From Crocosphaera subtropica ATCC 51142 (GTDB lineage Bacteria; Cyanobacteriota; Cyanobacteriia; Cyanobacteriales; Microcystaceae), in NCBI RefSeq assembly GCF_000017845.1, contig NC_010546.1:3210001-3242000 (forward strand): a stretch of DNA of 32,000 nt. Direction: 5' to 3'. The translations under genes and the position numbers were made by a program. A model generated the notes under the pieces. The model was not told the DNA's origin, searched no databases, and worked only from the letters and a program-made list of their open reading frames with translations. This document shows, piece by piece, positions 1 to 10,176 of the stretch; position 1 is the first letter of the stretch; each line of letters starts with the position of its first letter.

Positions 1-1
1 A

Positions 2-532
2 CTAGCAAAAGATCAAAACAGTGTAGATGCTGTAAAATTTCAAGTCAAAAATTTAATGTTATTACGTCATGGAACAAGTCGGGAGAATGATGTTAAGATT
101 TTTTCTCAAAATTCTTTATTAAACATGGCAGAGGAAACCAATGCAGGATTAAAACAAATGTTAGGAGCGATCGCTTTTATTTCTTTATTGGTAGGTGGTA
201 TTGGGGTCATGAATATTATGTTAGTTTCTGTGAAAGAGAGAACGGGAGAAATTGGACTTAGAAAAGCTTTAGGAGCCACACCAAAAGATATTTTAGGACA
301 ATTTATCTTAGAAGCTATTTTGTTAGCAACCTTTGGCAGTTTGCTGGGGATTAAGGTTGGGTTAGGGGGTGTTTTTATTGCTCATCTTTTCTTTTCTATT
401 GCAGCAAGCATTTCTATTCCATCTATTATTATCGCTGTTAGTGTTTCAGGTAGTGTTGGCTTGTTTTTTGGGGTTTTCCCTGCTCAGCAAGCAGCCAAAC
501 TCGATCCCATTATTGCCTTAAAGAGTTATTAA
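2..532 (+). CDS. ABC-type transporter permease (FtsX/MacB-like), C-terminal part; the 5' end lies upstream of the window
   Basis: The frame is open from base 2, with no stop before the listed Met at 56. The tail shows the FtsX-domain pattern: LLVGGIGVMNIMLVSVKERTGEIGLRKALGA, then two hydrophobic helices, ending PAQQAAKLDPIIALK. Stop TAA at 530-532. Confidence 0.8.
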   Translation, partial: LAKDQNSVDAVKFQVKNLMLLRHGTSRENDVKIFSQNSLLNMAEETNAGLKQMLGAIAFISLLVGGIGVMNIMLVSVKERTGEIGLRKALGATPKDILGQFILEAILLATFGSLLGIKVGLGGVFIAHLFFSIAASISIPSIIIAVSVSGSVGLFFGVFPAQQAAKLDPIIALKSY

Positions 533-578
533 TTGAAACCAGACTGTTATAATAATGAAGTAATTTTAAAAACTGATA

Positions 579-1382
579 ATGCACTTTTCTAATATTGCTT
601 TAACCATTGCTGGATCGGATAGTGGAGGAGGAGCAGGAATTCAAGCTGACTTAAGAACGTTTGCTTTTCATTGTGTTCATGGAACCAGTGTCATTACCTG
701 TATTACGGCTCAAAATACCCTAGGGGTTGCTAAGGTTCAAAGAATCAATTCGGACCTAGTCAAAGCGCAAATTGAAGCAGTCATGACGGATATTAATGTG
801 CAAGCAGTTAAAACAGGAATGTTATTTAATCAAGATATTATTTTAACGGTTTCTCAACAGATTAAACAATGGAAATTAAATACATTAGTGGTTGATCCTG
901 TGATGGTTTCTCGGACAGGAGCTATGTTAATTGATGACCTAGCGATCGCCAGCTTGAAAACTAATTTAATTCCTCAAGCTTTAATTGTAACCCCTAATCG
1001 GTATGAAGCACAAATTTTAAGCAATTTATCTATTAATTCCTTAGAAGATATGAAAAAAGCAGCCCAAATCATTCATAACTTAGGGTGTAAATTTGTCTTA
1101 GTCAAAGGGGGAGCAATGAAAGATAAATTACAAGGGGTTGATGTTTGGTTTGATGGCAAACATTGGGAAATTTTAACCACAGAAATCGTTAGAACCCAAC
1201 ACACTCATGGGACTGGGTGTACCCTGTCAGCAGCGATCGCTGCTAATTTAACGTTAGAAAAAGAGCCTTTTTTAGCAGTAAAACACGCCAAAAATTATGT
1301 GACAACTGCTTTAAAATACTCTTTAAATATTGGACAAGGAACAGGACCAGTTGGACACTTTTTTCCTTTACTAACTATGTAG
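579..1382 (+). CDS. thiD: Hydroxymethylpyrimidine / phosphomethylpyrimidine kinase
   Basis: 267 aa. N-terminal IAGSDSGGGAGIQADLRTF and C-terminal HGTGCTLSAAIAA motifs are typical of the ribokinase-fold ThiD. Confidence 0.9.
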   Translation: MHFSNIALTIAGSDSGGGAGIQADLRTFAFHCVHGTSVITCITAQNTLGVAKVQRINSDLVKAQIEAVMTDINVQAVKTGMLFNQDIILTVSQQIKQWKLNTLVVDPVMVSRTGAMLIDDLAIASLKTNLIPQALIVTPNRYEAQILSNLSINSLEDMKKAAQIIHNLGCKFVLVKGGAMKDKLQGVDVWFDGKHWEILTTEIVRTQHTHGTGCTLSAAIAANLTLEKEPFLAVKHAKNYVTTALKYSLNIGQGTGPVGHFFPLLTM

Positions 1383-1406
1383 ACTTTACTAATAATTTAA
1401 CCTTAA

Positions 1407-2099
1407 TCAATAGGCACCTCGACAACTAAAAACGACCAAAATAGTTTTAAAAATAAGTTGTAAATCATATAAAATTGACCATTTTTTTTGATAGTTAAGA
1501 TCCAGTTGAACGACCTCGTCAAAATCAGTAATGGTTGAACGTCCATTGACTTGCCATTCCCCTGTTAACCCTGGTTTAACCCCTAATCTTTGCCAATGGT
1601 AACCATTATATTTTTCAACTTCATCGGGGGTAGGAGGACGAGTTCCTACTAAACTCATATCTCCCATTAAAACGTTCCAAAACTGAGGAAATTCATCTAA
1701 ACTACTACGACGTAGAAAGTAACCAATATTAGTAATTCTAGGGTCTTTATTATTCTTAAAAAAATGACCTTTAGCTTCATTTTTAACGAGATATTTTTGG
1801 TTTTCTGCATTAATAACCATAGAACGAAACTTCCACAGACGAAATGGTTTTCCACCTAAACCGCAACGCATTTGACTATATAAAATAGGACCAGGATTAT
1901 CCCATTGAATAGCAATAAAAATAGGAATTGCAATGATACCCGTAAGTAATAACCCGATAATTGCGCCTAAAATATCAATTAAACGTTTGGTTTTACTGTC
2001 AACGGAACAATGAGAAATATGACTCTCTCTTAAATAAGGATCACAAGGTAAGAAATGTTGGAATCCTCTTGGGGTAAGGCGTTGAAAAGCGGTAATCAC
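1407..2099 (-). CDS. Polyprenyl-phosphate sugar phosphotransferase (bacterial sugar transferase family, WbaP/EpsL-like C-terminal domain type)
   Basis: 230 aa. One N-terminal TM helix (LIDILGAIIGLLLTGIIAIPIFIAI), then the conserved core RCGLGGKPFRLWKFRSM ... DEFPQFWNVLMGDMSLVGTRPP ... KPGLTGEWQVNGRS. Confidence 0.85.
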   Translation of the reverse strand: MITAFQRLTPRGFQHFLPCDPYLRESHISHCSVDSKTKRLIDILGAIIGLLLTGIIAIPIFIAIQWDNPGPILYSQMRCGLGGKPFRLWKFRSMVINAENQKYLVKNEAKGHFFKNNKDPRITNIGYFLRRSSLDEFPQFWNVLMGDMSLVGTRPPTPDEVEKYNGYHWQRLGVKPGLTGEWQVNGRSTITDFDEVVQLDLNYQKKWSILYDLQLIFKTILVVFSCRGAY

Positions 2100-2322
2100 G
2101 ATGTTTTAAACCTTATTCGTCTTACCCTTAGTATTCCTTAGAAACCCTTAAAAATTAACATTAGATCGTCAAAAATTACTAAAAAGGTAGATGAAATTAA
2201 CGAGAAAATGAAACTCAAATAAAATAGGGTATCAGTAATATCCCTTAAATGCAGCACTTTACGAGTTATTAAAGTACCCTGTGGAACTCACGTTACTGCT
2301 GAATGTGTTTGTTAAGAGTTAA

Positions 2323-2961
2323 TTAAACGACAGACATCCCATAAAAAGGCATAACTTCTGACCAATGGGGACGTTGTCCCTGTTGCCATTGATAATAAGC
2401 TAATTCTAATACACTACTAACTGTCATTCCTAACTTGGATGGGGTTATTAATGGTTGACAATACAAGTTTAAATCTTGCAAAGTTTTTTCCCAATCTTCG
2501 GGTTTCATCACCGTATCATTTAAAATAACATCTAAACCATTTTCTTGTTTATTTTTATAATAAATAGCCCCATAGAATTGTCCTCTTGATGCTTTCATTT
2601 GTATAAAAATCGGGTCATTAATAGAATAATCATGATGATGAAACCAAGCAAAAGCCGCTAAACTAGAAATCCCAAACAAAGGAATATTTAACTGTTGCGC
2701 TAAAGTACGGGCTGTGACCATACCAATGCGGTTACTGGTAAAACTTCCTGGCCCTTTTGCCACAGCAATAAACTGAAAAGGTTGCCAAGTTTTCGGTTGA
2801 ATAAATTCTTGTAAATATTGATGTAAATAGTTAGATAATTGGCGATCTAAATCCCAAGTTTGAGTCTGGGTTTCTGTTATAAAATTGCTTAAGCTTAGCC
2901 CCAATTGTGAACTGGTGGTATGTAACCCTAAACCATAACCATGAGAAGTCAAGGAGATCAT
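2323..2961 (-). CDS. tsaB: tRNA threonylcarbamoyladenosine (t6A) biosynthesis protein TsaB (YeaZ family)
   Basis: 212 aa. GLGLHTTSSQLGL ... AVAKGPGSFTSNRIGMVTARTLAQQLNIPLFGISSLAA matches the YeaZ/TsaB pattern. Confidence 0.75.
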   Translation of the reverse strand: MISLTSHGYGLGLHTTSSQLGLSLSNFITETQTQTWDLDRQLSNYLHQYLQEFIQPKTWQPFQFIAVAKGPGSFTSNRIGMVTARTLAQQLNIPLFGISSLAAFAWFHHHDYSINDPIFIQMKASRGQFYGAIYYKNKQENGLDVILNDTVMKPEDWEKTLQDLNLYCQPLITPSKLGMTVSSVLELAYYQWQQGQRPHWSEVMPFYGMSVV

Positions 2962-3154
2962 AAAGAAATAATCAATGAAACATAGATAAAATCTTAATTA
3001 TTTTATCAACTGTTGTGATCTCCATTGAATAATTGATAATTTATAATCAGATAATAATCAAATCTGGGGAAACCCTAAACAAAATCTAACTTTGTTCTTC
3101 AGATTGACTACAATTGCCTAAGCGAGCGTAACGCGACTTTTTCAGGAGCCAATC

Positions 3155-4423
3155 GTGACCCATACTACCCTTACAGAAAACCCCGCCAAATCCTTTGACC
3201 CGCAACACTTTGATAACTATGTGATGCACACCTATGGACGGTTTCCCATCGCCATTGATCGGGGTGAAGGGTGTCGTCTTTGGGATACCAAGGGCAAAGA
3301 ATATCTCGATTTTGTGGCTGGTATTGCCACTTGTACCCTTGGCCACGGCCATCCTGCTTTAGTCAAAACCGTCAGCGAACAAATACAATCCCTACACCAT
3401 GTTTCTAATCTATACTATATTCCCCAACAAGGAGAACTGGCACAATGGATGATCGAGCATTCTTGTGCGGATAAGGTGTTTTTCTGTAATTCTGGGGCAG
3501 AAGCCAACGAAGCAGCAATCAAACTTATTCGTAAATATTCCCATACGGTTCTCGACTTCCTAGAACAACCGGTTATTTTAACTGCTAAAGCCAGTTTTCA
3601 CGGACGAACCTTAGCCACCATTACCGCCACTGGGCAACCCAAATATCAACAGGACTTTGAACCCTTGATGCCAGGGTTTGCTTATGTTCCCTACAACGAT
3701 ATCAAAGCTATCGAACATGCGATCGCAGATATCGATGAAGGTAACCGACGGGTCGCTGCTATTATGTTAGAACCCCTACAGGGAGAAGGAGGAGTCAGAC
3801 CAGGAGAAATCGAGTATTTCTTGCGGTTACGGAAGATTTGTGATGAAAACAATATCCTCTTGGTATTCGATGAGGTACAAGTAGGAGTTGGCCGCAGTGG
3901 TAAGCTTTGGGGCTATGAAAATTTAGGGGTTGAACCGGATGTGTTAACCAGTGCGAAAGGGTTAGCCGGAGGCATTCCTATTGGGGCAATGATGTGCAAG
4001 GAGTTTTGTAACGTTTTGACCCCTGGAACCCACGCTAGTACCTTTGGAGGCAACCCCCTCGCTTGTGCAGCAGCGTTGACGGTGTTAAAAACCATCGAAG
4101 AAGAGAATATCTTACAAAATGTACAGGCCAGAGGGGAACAGTTACGCACTCGTTTACGGGCGATCGCACAAAAAGATCCCACTCTATTTACAGATGTCAG
4201 AGGGTGGGGATTAATTAATGGTCTGGAAATTAATGAGGAAATGTCCATTACTTCCATTGATATCGTCAAAGCAGCGATGGAAGAAGGGTTATTATTAGCC
4301 CCGGCCGGACCGAAGGTATTGCGCTTTGTTCCCCCATTAATTGTTACAGAAGAAGAAATTAATCAAGCTGCTGATCTCTTAGAAACAGCGATTAATAAGG
4401 TTTGTGCTGCTACAGTTAATTAG
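3155..4423 (+). CDS. argD: Acetylornithine aminotransferase (class III PLP aminotransferase)
   Basis: GTG start with AGGAG 6 nt upstream. 422 aa. Motifs FCNSGAEANEAAIKL and DEVQVGVGRSGKLW, plus the Schiff-base lysine context LTSAKGLAGG. The N-terminal FDNYVMHTYGRFP is typical of ArgD. Confidence 0.85.
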   Translation: MTHTTLTENPAKSFDPQHFDNYVMHTYGRFPIAIDRGEGCRLWDTKGKEYLDFVAGIATCTLGHGHPALVKTVSEQIQSLHHVSNLYYIPQQGELAQWMIEHSCADKVFFCNSGAEANEAAIKLIRKYSHTVLDFLEQPVILTAKASFHGRTLATITATGQPKYQQDFEPLMPGFAYVPYNDIKAIEHAIADIDEGNRRVAAIMLEPLQGEGGVRPGEIEYFLRLRKICDENNILLVFDEVQVGVGRSGKLWGYENLGVEPDVLTSAKGLAGGIPIGAMMCKEFCNVLTPGTHASTFGGNPLACAAALTVLKTIEEENILQNVQARGEQLRTRLRAIAQKDPTLFTDVRGWGLINGLEINEEMSITSIDIVKAAMEEGLLLAPAGPKVLRFVPPLIVTEEEINQAADLLETAINKVCAATVN

Positions 4424-4430
4424 AAAGAGA

Positions 4431-4465
4431 AACAAGAGTGCGTTATTTTTTAGCGGACTCTTGTT
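4431..4465 (+). terminator. Weak terminator-like hairpin downstream of argD
   Basis: AACAAGAGT (4431-4439) pairs perfectly with ACTCTTGTT (4457-4465) around a 17-nt U-rich loop. There is no clear 3' U tail. Confidence 0.3.
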
Positions 4466-4499
4466 ATCATATCGGTGAGCAAATAAGAGGATAATTAAT

Positions 4500-4838
4500 A
4501 TGAATGATGAGATAACAAAACGAAAATTATTAGATGCTATTTGTCACGGTTCTATTTTTTTTAGTGCCACTTTTGTTTCTATTGGGGTTCCTATTGCTAT
4601 CTTTTTCATATCCAATGATGATATTGTCCAAAATAATGCAAAAGAAGCTTTGAATTTTCATCTTAATGTTTGGGTGTATGGTATTATTTTTGGAATTTTA
4701 ACGGTTGTTGTCATTGGTTGGCCGTTATTAGGTATTTTGGGTATTGTTACTTTAGTGATGCCGATTCTTGCTATTATCAAGGTACTGAGTCATCCTAATG
4801 AAGTGTATCGTTATCCCTTTATTTTTAGAGTGTTGTGA
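4500..4838 (+). CDS. Small integral membrane protein, DUF4870-like
   Basis: 112 aa with three or four hydrophobic helices. The KEALNFHLNVW segment resembles the KEALNFQ signature I associate with DUF4870. Family assignment is from memory only. Confidence 0.55.
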   Translation: MNDEITKRKLLDAICHGSIFFSATFVSIGVPIAIFFISNDDIVQNNAKEALNFHLNVWVYGIIFGILTVVVIGWPLLGILGIVTLVMPILAIIKVLSHPNEVYRYPFIFRVL

Positions 4839-4847
4839 AGAATTGAT

Positions 4848-6944
4848 TTAATTATCACTCCCTTGAATAGCAGTAATCACCACGGTGTTAATAATATCTT
4901 CTACAGTACAACCCCGACTTAAATCATTGACGGGTTTTTTTAATCCTTGTAAAATCGGACCAATAGCGATCGCCCCAGTTTCCCGTTGTACTGCTTTATA
5001 AGTATTATTTCCAGTATTCAAGTCAGGAAAAACAAAGACCGTTGCTTGTCCAGCTACTTCTGAATCTGGCATTTTTTGCGCTGCCACGGTCTTATCTACC
5101 GCAGCATCATATTGTATTGGCCCTTCAAATAATAAGTCGGGACGGCGTTTTTGAGCGAGAATGGTTGCTTGTTTAACTCGTTCTACATCTTCCCCGGTTC
5201 CTGACTCTCCTGATGAATAAGACAGTAAAGCAACTCTGGGAAAAATACCGAAAGTTTGGGCGGTTTCTGCGGAAATAACAGCAATTTCTGCTAACTGTTC
5301 GGCGGTTGGGTTAGGATTAATTGCACAGTCTCCATACACTAATACTTTATCCCCTAAACACATAAAAAATACCGAGGAAACTAACTGGTATTCGGGTTTG
5401 GTTTTAATGATTTGTAAAGCTGGTCTAATGGTGTTTCCTGTGGTATGAATAGCCCCTGAAACCATGCCATCTGCATCTCCTGAGTACACCATCATTGTAC
5501 CAAAATAAGACACATCCATTAACATATCTTTTGCATTTTCTAAGGTTATTCCTTTATGTTTTCTAAGTTCATATAAGGTTTTAATATAATCATCTAACTT
5601 AGGGGAACTCAAAGGATTAATAATCTTAAGATTATTAATATCTAATTGAATACCATGACTTTGTATTGTACGTTCAATACGTTTTTTTTCTCCTAATACT
5701 GTAATATCAACAATATCTTGAGATAAAAGGGTAGCAACGGCTTTAAGAATGCGGGGATCTTTTCCTTCTGGTAAGACAATATGACGTTTATTTAATTTTG
5801 CTTTTTGAATTAAATTATAAGTAAACATTTTGGGAGTAATTCCCTCAACTTCTATCTTGTTAATCAGATGTTCTAACATGGTAAGATTGACGGATTGATC
5901 AAAGAGTTCAATACTCCAATTAATCTTTTCAATATCTCCTGCTTTCAAAGAACTATCTACCGTTTGTAACCGAGAGGCAGTAGGATAGGTATAAGTATCG
6001 ACCCAAAGTATGGGTAACGGATCGCTCAAACCCCCAATTAATCGACCAATTGACTTTTCTAACTCACATTCTGTTGTTAAAAGTATGCCAGCTAAATTAG
6101 GATAATTTGTTGATTGATGTGCTTGCAACGCACCAATAATAACGTCCCCTCTATCCGATGGTGTTACCACTAAATCATTATCCTGTAATTGGGTAATTGC
6201 GTGCTGCATTTGCATGGCAGCAATGAGATAATTAAAGACCAAATTATTCAACCGTTTTTCACCATATAAAACTTTAGCTTTTAACTGTTCTGCTACTTCT
6301 TTCATTCTAGGACTATCTAACTTTTTATCATAGGGAATAACTGAAAATAAATAATTATTTTTACGATAGGTTTTCTCTAAGTGATTTTCTAAATTTTTTC
6401 TATCTGATGAGGAAACTTTATTGATAATAATACCTAAGATTCTACAATGTTTTTCTCGATAAGCATCAGCAACAATCTTAAGAGAAATACTGATTTCTTG
6501 TAAAGATTTTTGGTAACCATTTCCCAAAATTAATAGAGAACACCCTAATGTTTTTGCAATAGCAACATTAATCTCAAAAGCAAAGGCAGAATTTTCACCT
6601 ACATAATCAGAATTTTCACAAACAATAAAATCACAATTTTCTTCTAATTTCTTATATTTGCTAATAATTTTATCTAAAATCTCATCTAGCTTTTCTTGTT
6701 CCATAAGATGATTGACTTCAGAATAATATAAACCAAAAGAATCATCATAGCTTTGGGGTAATTTAAAATAAGATAAAATTAAGTCAATGTGTTTATCAGG
6801 TTTATGATCAATTGAATCTTGAATAATCGGTCTGAAAAATCCAACTTTTGTGGTTTTTCTCAGAATTAATTCAATCATTCCTAAAGCAATTAAAGATTTA
6901 CCGCTTCTTGGCTCAAGGGTACTAATATAAATAGAATTTGTCAT
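4848..6944 (-). CDS. pta: Phosphate acetyltransferase, long form (N-terminal BioD/CobQ-like domain + DRTGG region + PTA_PTB catalytic domain)
   Basis: 698 aa. The C-terminal half carries GAIHTTGNTIRPALQII, YGDCAINPNP and LSRGCTVEDIINTVVITAIQ, as in Pta. The stop is only 9 nt from the convergent upstream gene. Confidence 0.9.
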   Translation of the reverse strand: MTNSIYISTLEPRSGKSLIALGMIELILRKTTKVGFFRPIIQDSIDHKPDKHIDLILSYFKLPQSYDDSFGLYYSEVNHLMEQEKLDEILDKIISKYKKLEENCDFIVCENSDYVGENSAFAFEINVAIAKTLGCSLLILGNGYQKSLQEISISLKIVADAYREKHCRILGIIINKVSSSDRKNLENHLEKTYRKNNYLFSVIPYDKKLDSPRMKEVAEQLKAKVLYGEKRLNNLVFNYLIAAMQMQHAITQLQDNDLVVTPSDRGDVIIGALQAHQSTNYPNLAGILLTTECELEKSIGRLIGGLSDPLPILWVDTYTYPTASRLQTVDSSLKAGDIEKINWSIELFDQSVNLTMLEHLINKIEVEGITPKMFTYNLIQKAKLNKRHIVLPEGKDPRILKAVATLLSQDIVDITVLGEKKRIERTIQSHGIQLDINNLKIINPLSSPKLDDYIKTLYELRKHKGITLENAKDMLMDVSYFGTMMVYSGDADGMVSGAIHTTGNTIRPALQIIKTKPEYQLVSSVFFMCLGDKVLVYGDCAINPNPTAEQLAEIAVISAETAQTFGIFPRVALLSYSSGESGTGEDVERVKQATILAQKRRPDLLFEGPIQYDAAVDKTVAAQKMPDSEVAGQATVFVFPDLNTGNNTYKAVQRETGAIAIGPILQGLKKPVNDLSRGCTVEDIINTVVITAIQGSDN

Positions 6945-7137
6945 CAGTTATACATTACGCTAACACGAAAAATAACATCTCTGTATTAACATACAAGTGT
7001 CTATTCAATCATCAAGAGTATTTTGCTTCCACTTTTTATTTCTTCTAAATGAGGATAAAATGAAGCAGATAATTGTTTAGTTGTTTCACTCATAATTAAT
7101 GGTTTCTGACTGGCTATTAATTAATTATCACTGATCA

Positions 7138-7170
7138 GTAGGTTGGGTTTTGTTCCTCAAGCCAACAATC
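7138..7170. repeat. Divergent copy of the GTAGGTTGGGTT...AACCCAACAAT hairpin repeat
   Basis: GTAGGTTGGGTTTTGTTCCTCAAGCCAACAATC has the same arms as the copies at 17625, 18257 and 19414. One arm has a mismatch. The loop is approximately the reverse complement of the loop in the other copies. Confidence 0.5.
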
Positions 7171-7186
7171 TTATTATATTTCCTAG

Positions 7187-7801
7187 TTACTGCTTCTGGA
7201 AAATAACTGATAAATTATTAGCTGGCATTTCAACCTTTTCTTGAAAAATTAATCCTCTTTCTTCGGCAACTTGAATGACCTCTTCTAGATTTCTTACGCC
7301 CCATTCTGGGTTTTGACTGTGTAAAGATTGATCAAAAGATTCGTTACTCGGTGCTGTATGTTTTCCTCCTTGTTTATAGGGTCCGTATAAATATAAAATC
7401 CCCCCTAATGGTAATATTCTACTTGCCCCTTCCATTAACCCTAAACAAGCTGACCAAGGAGAAATATGAATCATGTTAATATTAATAATTGTGGTAATAT
7501 TTAGCTCCTGTTCTTCAATTTCCCACCTCGAACTTCCTGCATTAATATTCAAAGGAGACTGAATATTCTCAATTAAACTCTCTTTTCTCCAGGCTTCAAT
7601 ACTGTTTCTTGCTGTTGGATTGGGATCGGACGGTATCCATTGACGAGGACTAAAAGCAGGGGCAAAAAAGAGAGAATGTTCTCCCGTTCCACTCGCAATT
7701 TCTAGAATATTGCCTGATGGGGGAAGAACCCTTAATAAGACCTCTAAAATAGGTTCTCTATTTCGTTGTGTTGCGGGTGCATATTGTTTAGAATTGTTCA
7801 T
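7187..7801 (-). CDS. DUF938-like SAM-dependent methyltransferase-fold protein
   Basis: I prefer the internal ATG at 7801 (MNNSKQYAPATQRNREPILEVL...). The family N-terminus normally starts near the APA..RNREPIL motif, and the longer start at 7858 would overlap the upstream gene, which ends at 7836. A Gly-rich SAM motif is present (ILEIASGTGEH). Confidence 0.7.
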   Translation of the reverse strand: MNNSKQYAPATQRNREPILEVLLRVLPPSGNILEIASGTGEHSLFFAPAFSPRQWIPSDPNPTARNSIEAWRKESLIENIQSPLNINAGSSRWEIEEQELNITTIININMIHISPWSACLGLMEGASRILPLGGILYLYGPYKQGGKHTAPSNESFDQSLHSQNPEWGVRNLEEVIQVAEERGLIFQEKVEMPANNLSVIFQKQ

Positions 7802-7835
7802 AATTTTTCCTATATCAATATTTTTTTCCAGATAC

Positions 7836-9065
7836 TTACAGGGGTAAAATTGCTTCAATCGCTGCTTCTAAAGCTAAAGAAATATGAGTCCAATGGGTTC
7901 CCCCTTGACAGAAAACAATATAAGGTTCTCTTAACGGTCCATCGGCGGAAAATTCTGAGGTACTCCCATCAATAAATGTTCCTCCGGCCATCACTAATTG
8001 ACTTGCATAACCTGGCATTTCTGCTGGTACGGGATCAAGATAAGAACCCACAGGAGAATAGGTCTGAATAGCACGACAAAAAGCCATTAATTTCTCTGGT
8101 GTTCCTAACTTAATTCCTTGGATAATATCTCGACGGGCAACCATCGGCAAGGGCTTAACTTCGTACCCTAATTTATCAAAAACATAGGCCATTAAATGAC
8201 TTCCTTTAATGGCTTCTCCCACCATTTGTGGGGCTAAAAATAACCCTTGAAATAATAACCGATTTTGATTCAACGTTGCCCCACCTTCTGTTCCAATACC
8301 AGGAGAAGTTAACCGACAAGCGGCTGCTTCTACTAATGATTTTTTACCCGCAATATAGCCTCCTGTAGTAACAATTGTTCCCCCTAAATTCTTAATTAAA
8401 GAACCCGCCATTAAATCAGCACCCACCCCTGTTGGTTCTAAGAGTTCCACCAATTCACCATAACAATTGTCCACAAAACATACTGTGTTGGAATTTTGTA
8501 CTTTAACAATTTTAATAATTTCTTTAATATCTGAAATAGATAAACTGGAACGCCAAGAATAACCGCAAGAACGCTGAATTAACACCAATCTTGTTTTCGG
8601 TTTAATCGCTGTTTTTAACCCTTCCCAGTCAATGGTTCCCTCTTGAGTTAGGTCTAATTGCCGGTAATTAATGTTAAAATCTCTTAAGGAGCCTTGGCCG
8701 CTACCCCGTAAGCCAATGACCTCTTCCAAGGTATCGTAAGGCGCACCAGCCACTGCTAACATTTCGTCCCCTGGGCGAAGTACCCCAAATAAAGCACAAG
8801 CGATCGCATGGGTTCCTGATACAAATTGTATACGAACCATTGCTGCTTCTGCTTCCATAATCTCAGCAAATATCTCATCGAGGGTGTCTCGTCCGAGATC
8901 ATCATGACCATAACCACTTACACTAGCAAAATGGTGAACCCCCAGACGATGATTACGAAAGCCTGCTAAGGTTTTCTTGAGATTCTTCTTGACCTTATGG
9001 TCAATTTCCGAAAAAATCGGAATCAGGGCGTTTTCTGCCTCTTTTATGAGCATTAAACTGTCCAA
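7836..9065 (-). CDS. PLP-dependent enzyme of the aluminium-resistance / methionine gamma-lyase-like (YnbB) family
   Basis: 409 aa. Recognised from GVHHFASVSGYGHDDLGRDTLDEIFAEIMEAEAAMVRIQFVSGTHAI and the downstream GSLIKNLGG lysine region. The precise reaction is unknown. Confidence 0.7.
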   Translation of the reverse strand: MDSLMLIKEAENALIPIFSEIDHKVKKNLKKTLAGFRNHRLGVHHFASVSGYGHDDLGRDTLDEIFAEIMEAEAAMVRIQFVSGTHAIACALFGVLRPGDEMLAVAGAPYDTLEEVIGLRGSGQGSLRDFNINYRQLDLTQEGTIDWEGLKTAIKPKTRLVLIQRSCGYSWRSSLSISDIKEIIKIVKVQNSNTVCFVDNCYGELVELLEPTGVGADLMAGSLIKNLGGTIVTTGGYIAGKKSLVEAAACRLTSPGIGTEGGATLNQNRLLFQGLFLAPQMVGEAIKGSHLMAYVFDKLGYEVKPLPMVARRDIIQGIKLGTPEKLMAFCRAIQTYSPVGSYLDPVPAEMPGYASQLVMAGGTFIDGSTSEFSADGPLREPYIVFCQGGTHWTHISLALEAAIEAILPL

Positions 9066-9292
9066 TTGTCAACCCCAAACTTTAATCTTGTCGATAGTGA
9101 CCCATTTAAAACAATGACAAAGTTACTTTTGTCCCATTTATTTATACCAAACAAAGGCTTATATAAGTCATTTAATTGGGAATTTAATTCGGAATTAAAT
9201 ATTAAATTTTTTTAATCTTTGTCAGCTAAAAAAAGTTAATACTATCGTCAAGTATAATAAAGATTTGATTACGTTTAGATTCAGGTTATTAC

Positions 9293-10117
9293 ATGACTGT
9301 TGCCACATCTCAAAAACTTCCCTATGACTGGACAATTATTATTTACATGGCTTCGATCCATCTAGTTGCTTTACTAGCATTTTTGCCGGGTAATTTTAGT
9401 TGGCAAGCCGTAGGTGTTGCCTTCTTTTTATATTGGGTTACAGGAGCGTTAGGAATTACTCTAGGCTTTCATCGGTTAGTATCTCATCATAGTTTTCAGG
9501 CACCAAAATGGCTAGAATATATATTAGTTTTCTTTGGTACATTAGCTTGTCAAGGTGGTCCTATTCAATGGGTCGGTTTACACCGTATTCATCATAAATA
9601 TTCTGATACTGAACCTGATCCTCATGATTCTAACCGAGGCTTTTGGTGGAGTCATATTGGATGGATGTTACATCATATTCCGGCGGATAATGATGTACCT
9701 CGTTACACTCAAGATATTAATGAAGATCCTTTTTATAAATTTTGTCAAACTTTCATGATTCCCATTCAAATTGTTTTAGGTTTAATCCTTTATTTCTTAG
9801 GAGGATGGTCTTTTGTCATTTGGGGAATTTTTGTCCGCTTAGTAATGGTATTTCACTTCACTTGGTTTGTTAATAGTGCCACCCATAAATTCGGTTATCA
9901 AAGTCATGAATCTAACGATAATTCCCGTAACTGTTGGTGGGTTGCTCTATTAACCTTTGGAGAAGGCTGGCACAACAATCACCATGCGTATCAATATTCT
10001 GCCCGTCATGGGTTAGCTTGGTGGGAAATTGATATTACTTGGATGACGATTCAAGTCTTGCAATTTTTAGGACTTGCTAAAAATGTCAAGTTAGCCCCTG
10101 TTTCAGATAATAAATAG
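9293..10117 (+). CDS. desC: Acyl-lipid delta-9 fatty acid desaturase
   Basis: 274 aa membrane protein with the three histidine boxes HRLVSHH, HRIHHKYSD and HNNHHAY, in the spacing typical of delta-9 desaturases. Confidence 0.9.
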   Translation: MTVATSQKLPYDWTIIIYMASIHLVALLAFLPGNFSWQAVGVAFFLYWVTGALGITLGFHRLVSHHSFQAPKWLEYILVFFGTLACQGGPIQWVGLHRIHHKYSDTEPDPHDSNRGFWWSHIGWMLHHIPADNDVPRYTQDINEDPFYKFCQTFMIPIQIVLGLILYFLGGWSFVIWGIFVRLVMVFHFTWFVNSATHKFGYQSHESNDNSRNCWWVALLTFGEGWHNNHHAYQYSARHGLAWWEIDITWMTIQVLQFLGLAKNVKLAPVSDNK

Positions 10118-10142
10118 ATTTTACTCTTGGGTAAAATTAGGA

Positions 10143-10176
10143 AACCTTCTCATAAGCAATCGAGAAGGTTTTTGTT
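10143..10176 (+). terminator. Rho-independent terminator of desC
   Basis: AACCTTCTC / GAGAAGGTT form a perfect 9-bp stem around a 10-nt loop, followed immediately by TTTGTTT. It starts 26 nt after the desC stop. Confidence 0.65.

Noticed and set aside
533-578. A TPP (THI-box) riboswitch upstream of thiD.
   Set aside because: Only 46 nt of spacer are available and no CUGAGA-type THI-box core is present.
3086-4269. Antisense ORFs 3086-3352 and 3913-4269 opposite argD.
   Set aside because: They overlap a strongly supported aminotransferase gene on the other strand and show no motif content. Other ORFs rejected for the same reason:
- 7766-7975
- 9555-9758
- 10342-10527
- 10370-10594
- 11488-11739
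- 15221-15544
- 17772-18056
- 21320-21526
- 25195-25410
- 25861-26055
7802-7858. The longer start (MKQFYPCKYLEKNIDIGKI...) for the DUF938-like gene.
   Set aside because: It would overlap the 3' end of the upstream gene by 23 nt. It also adds a non-conserved-looking leader, and the internal ATG at 7801 gives the usual family N-terminus.
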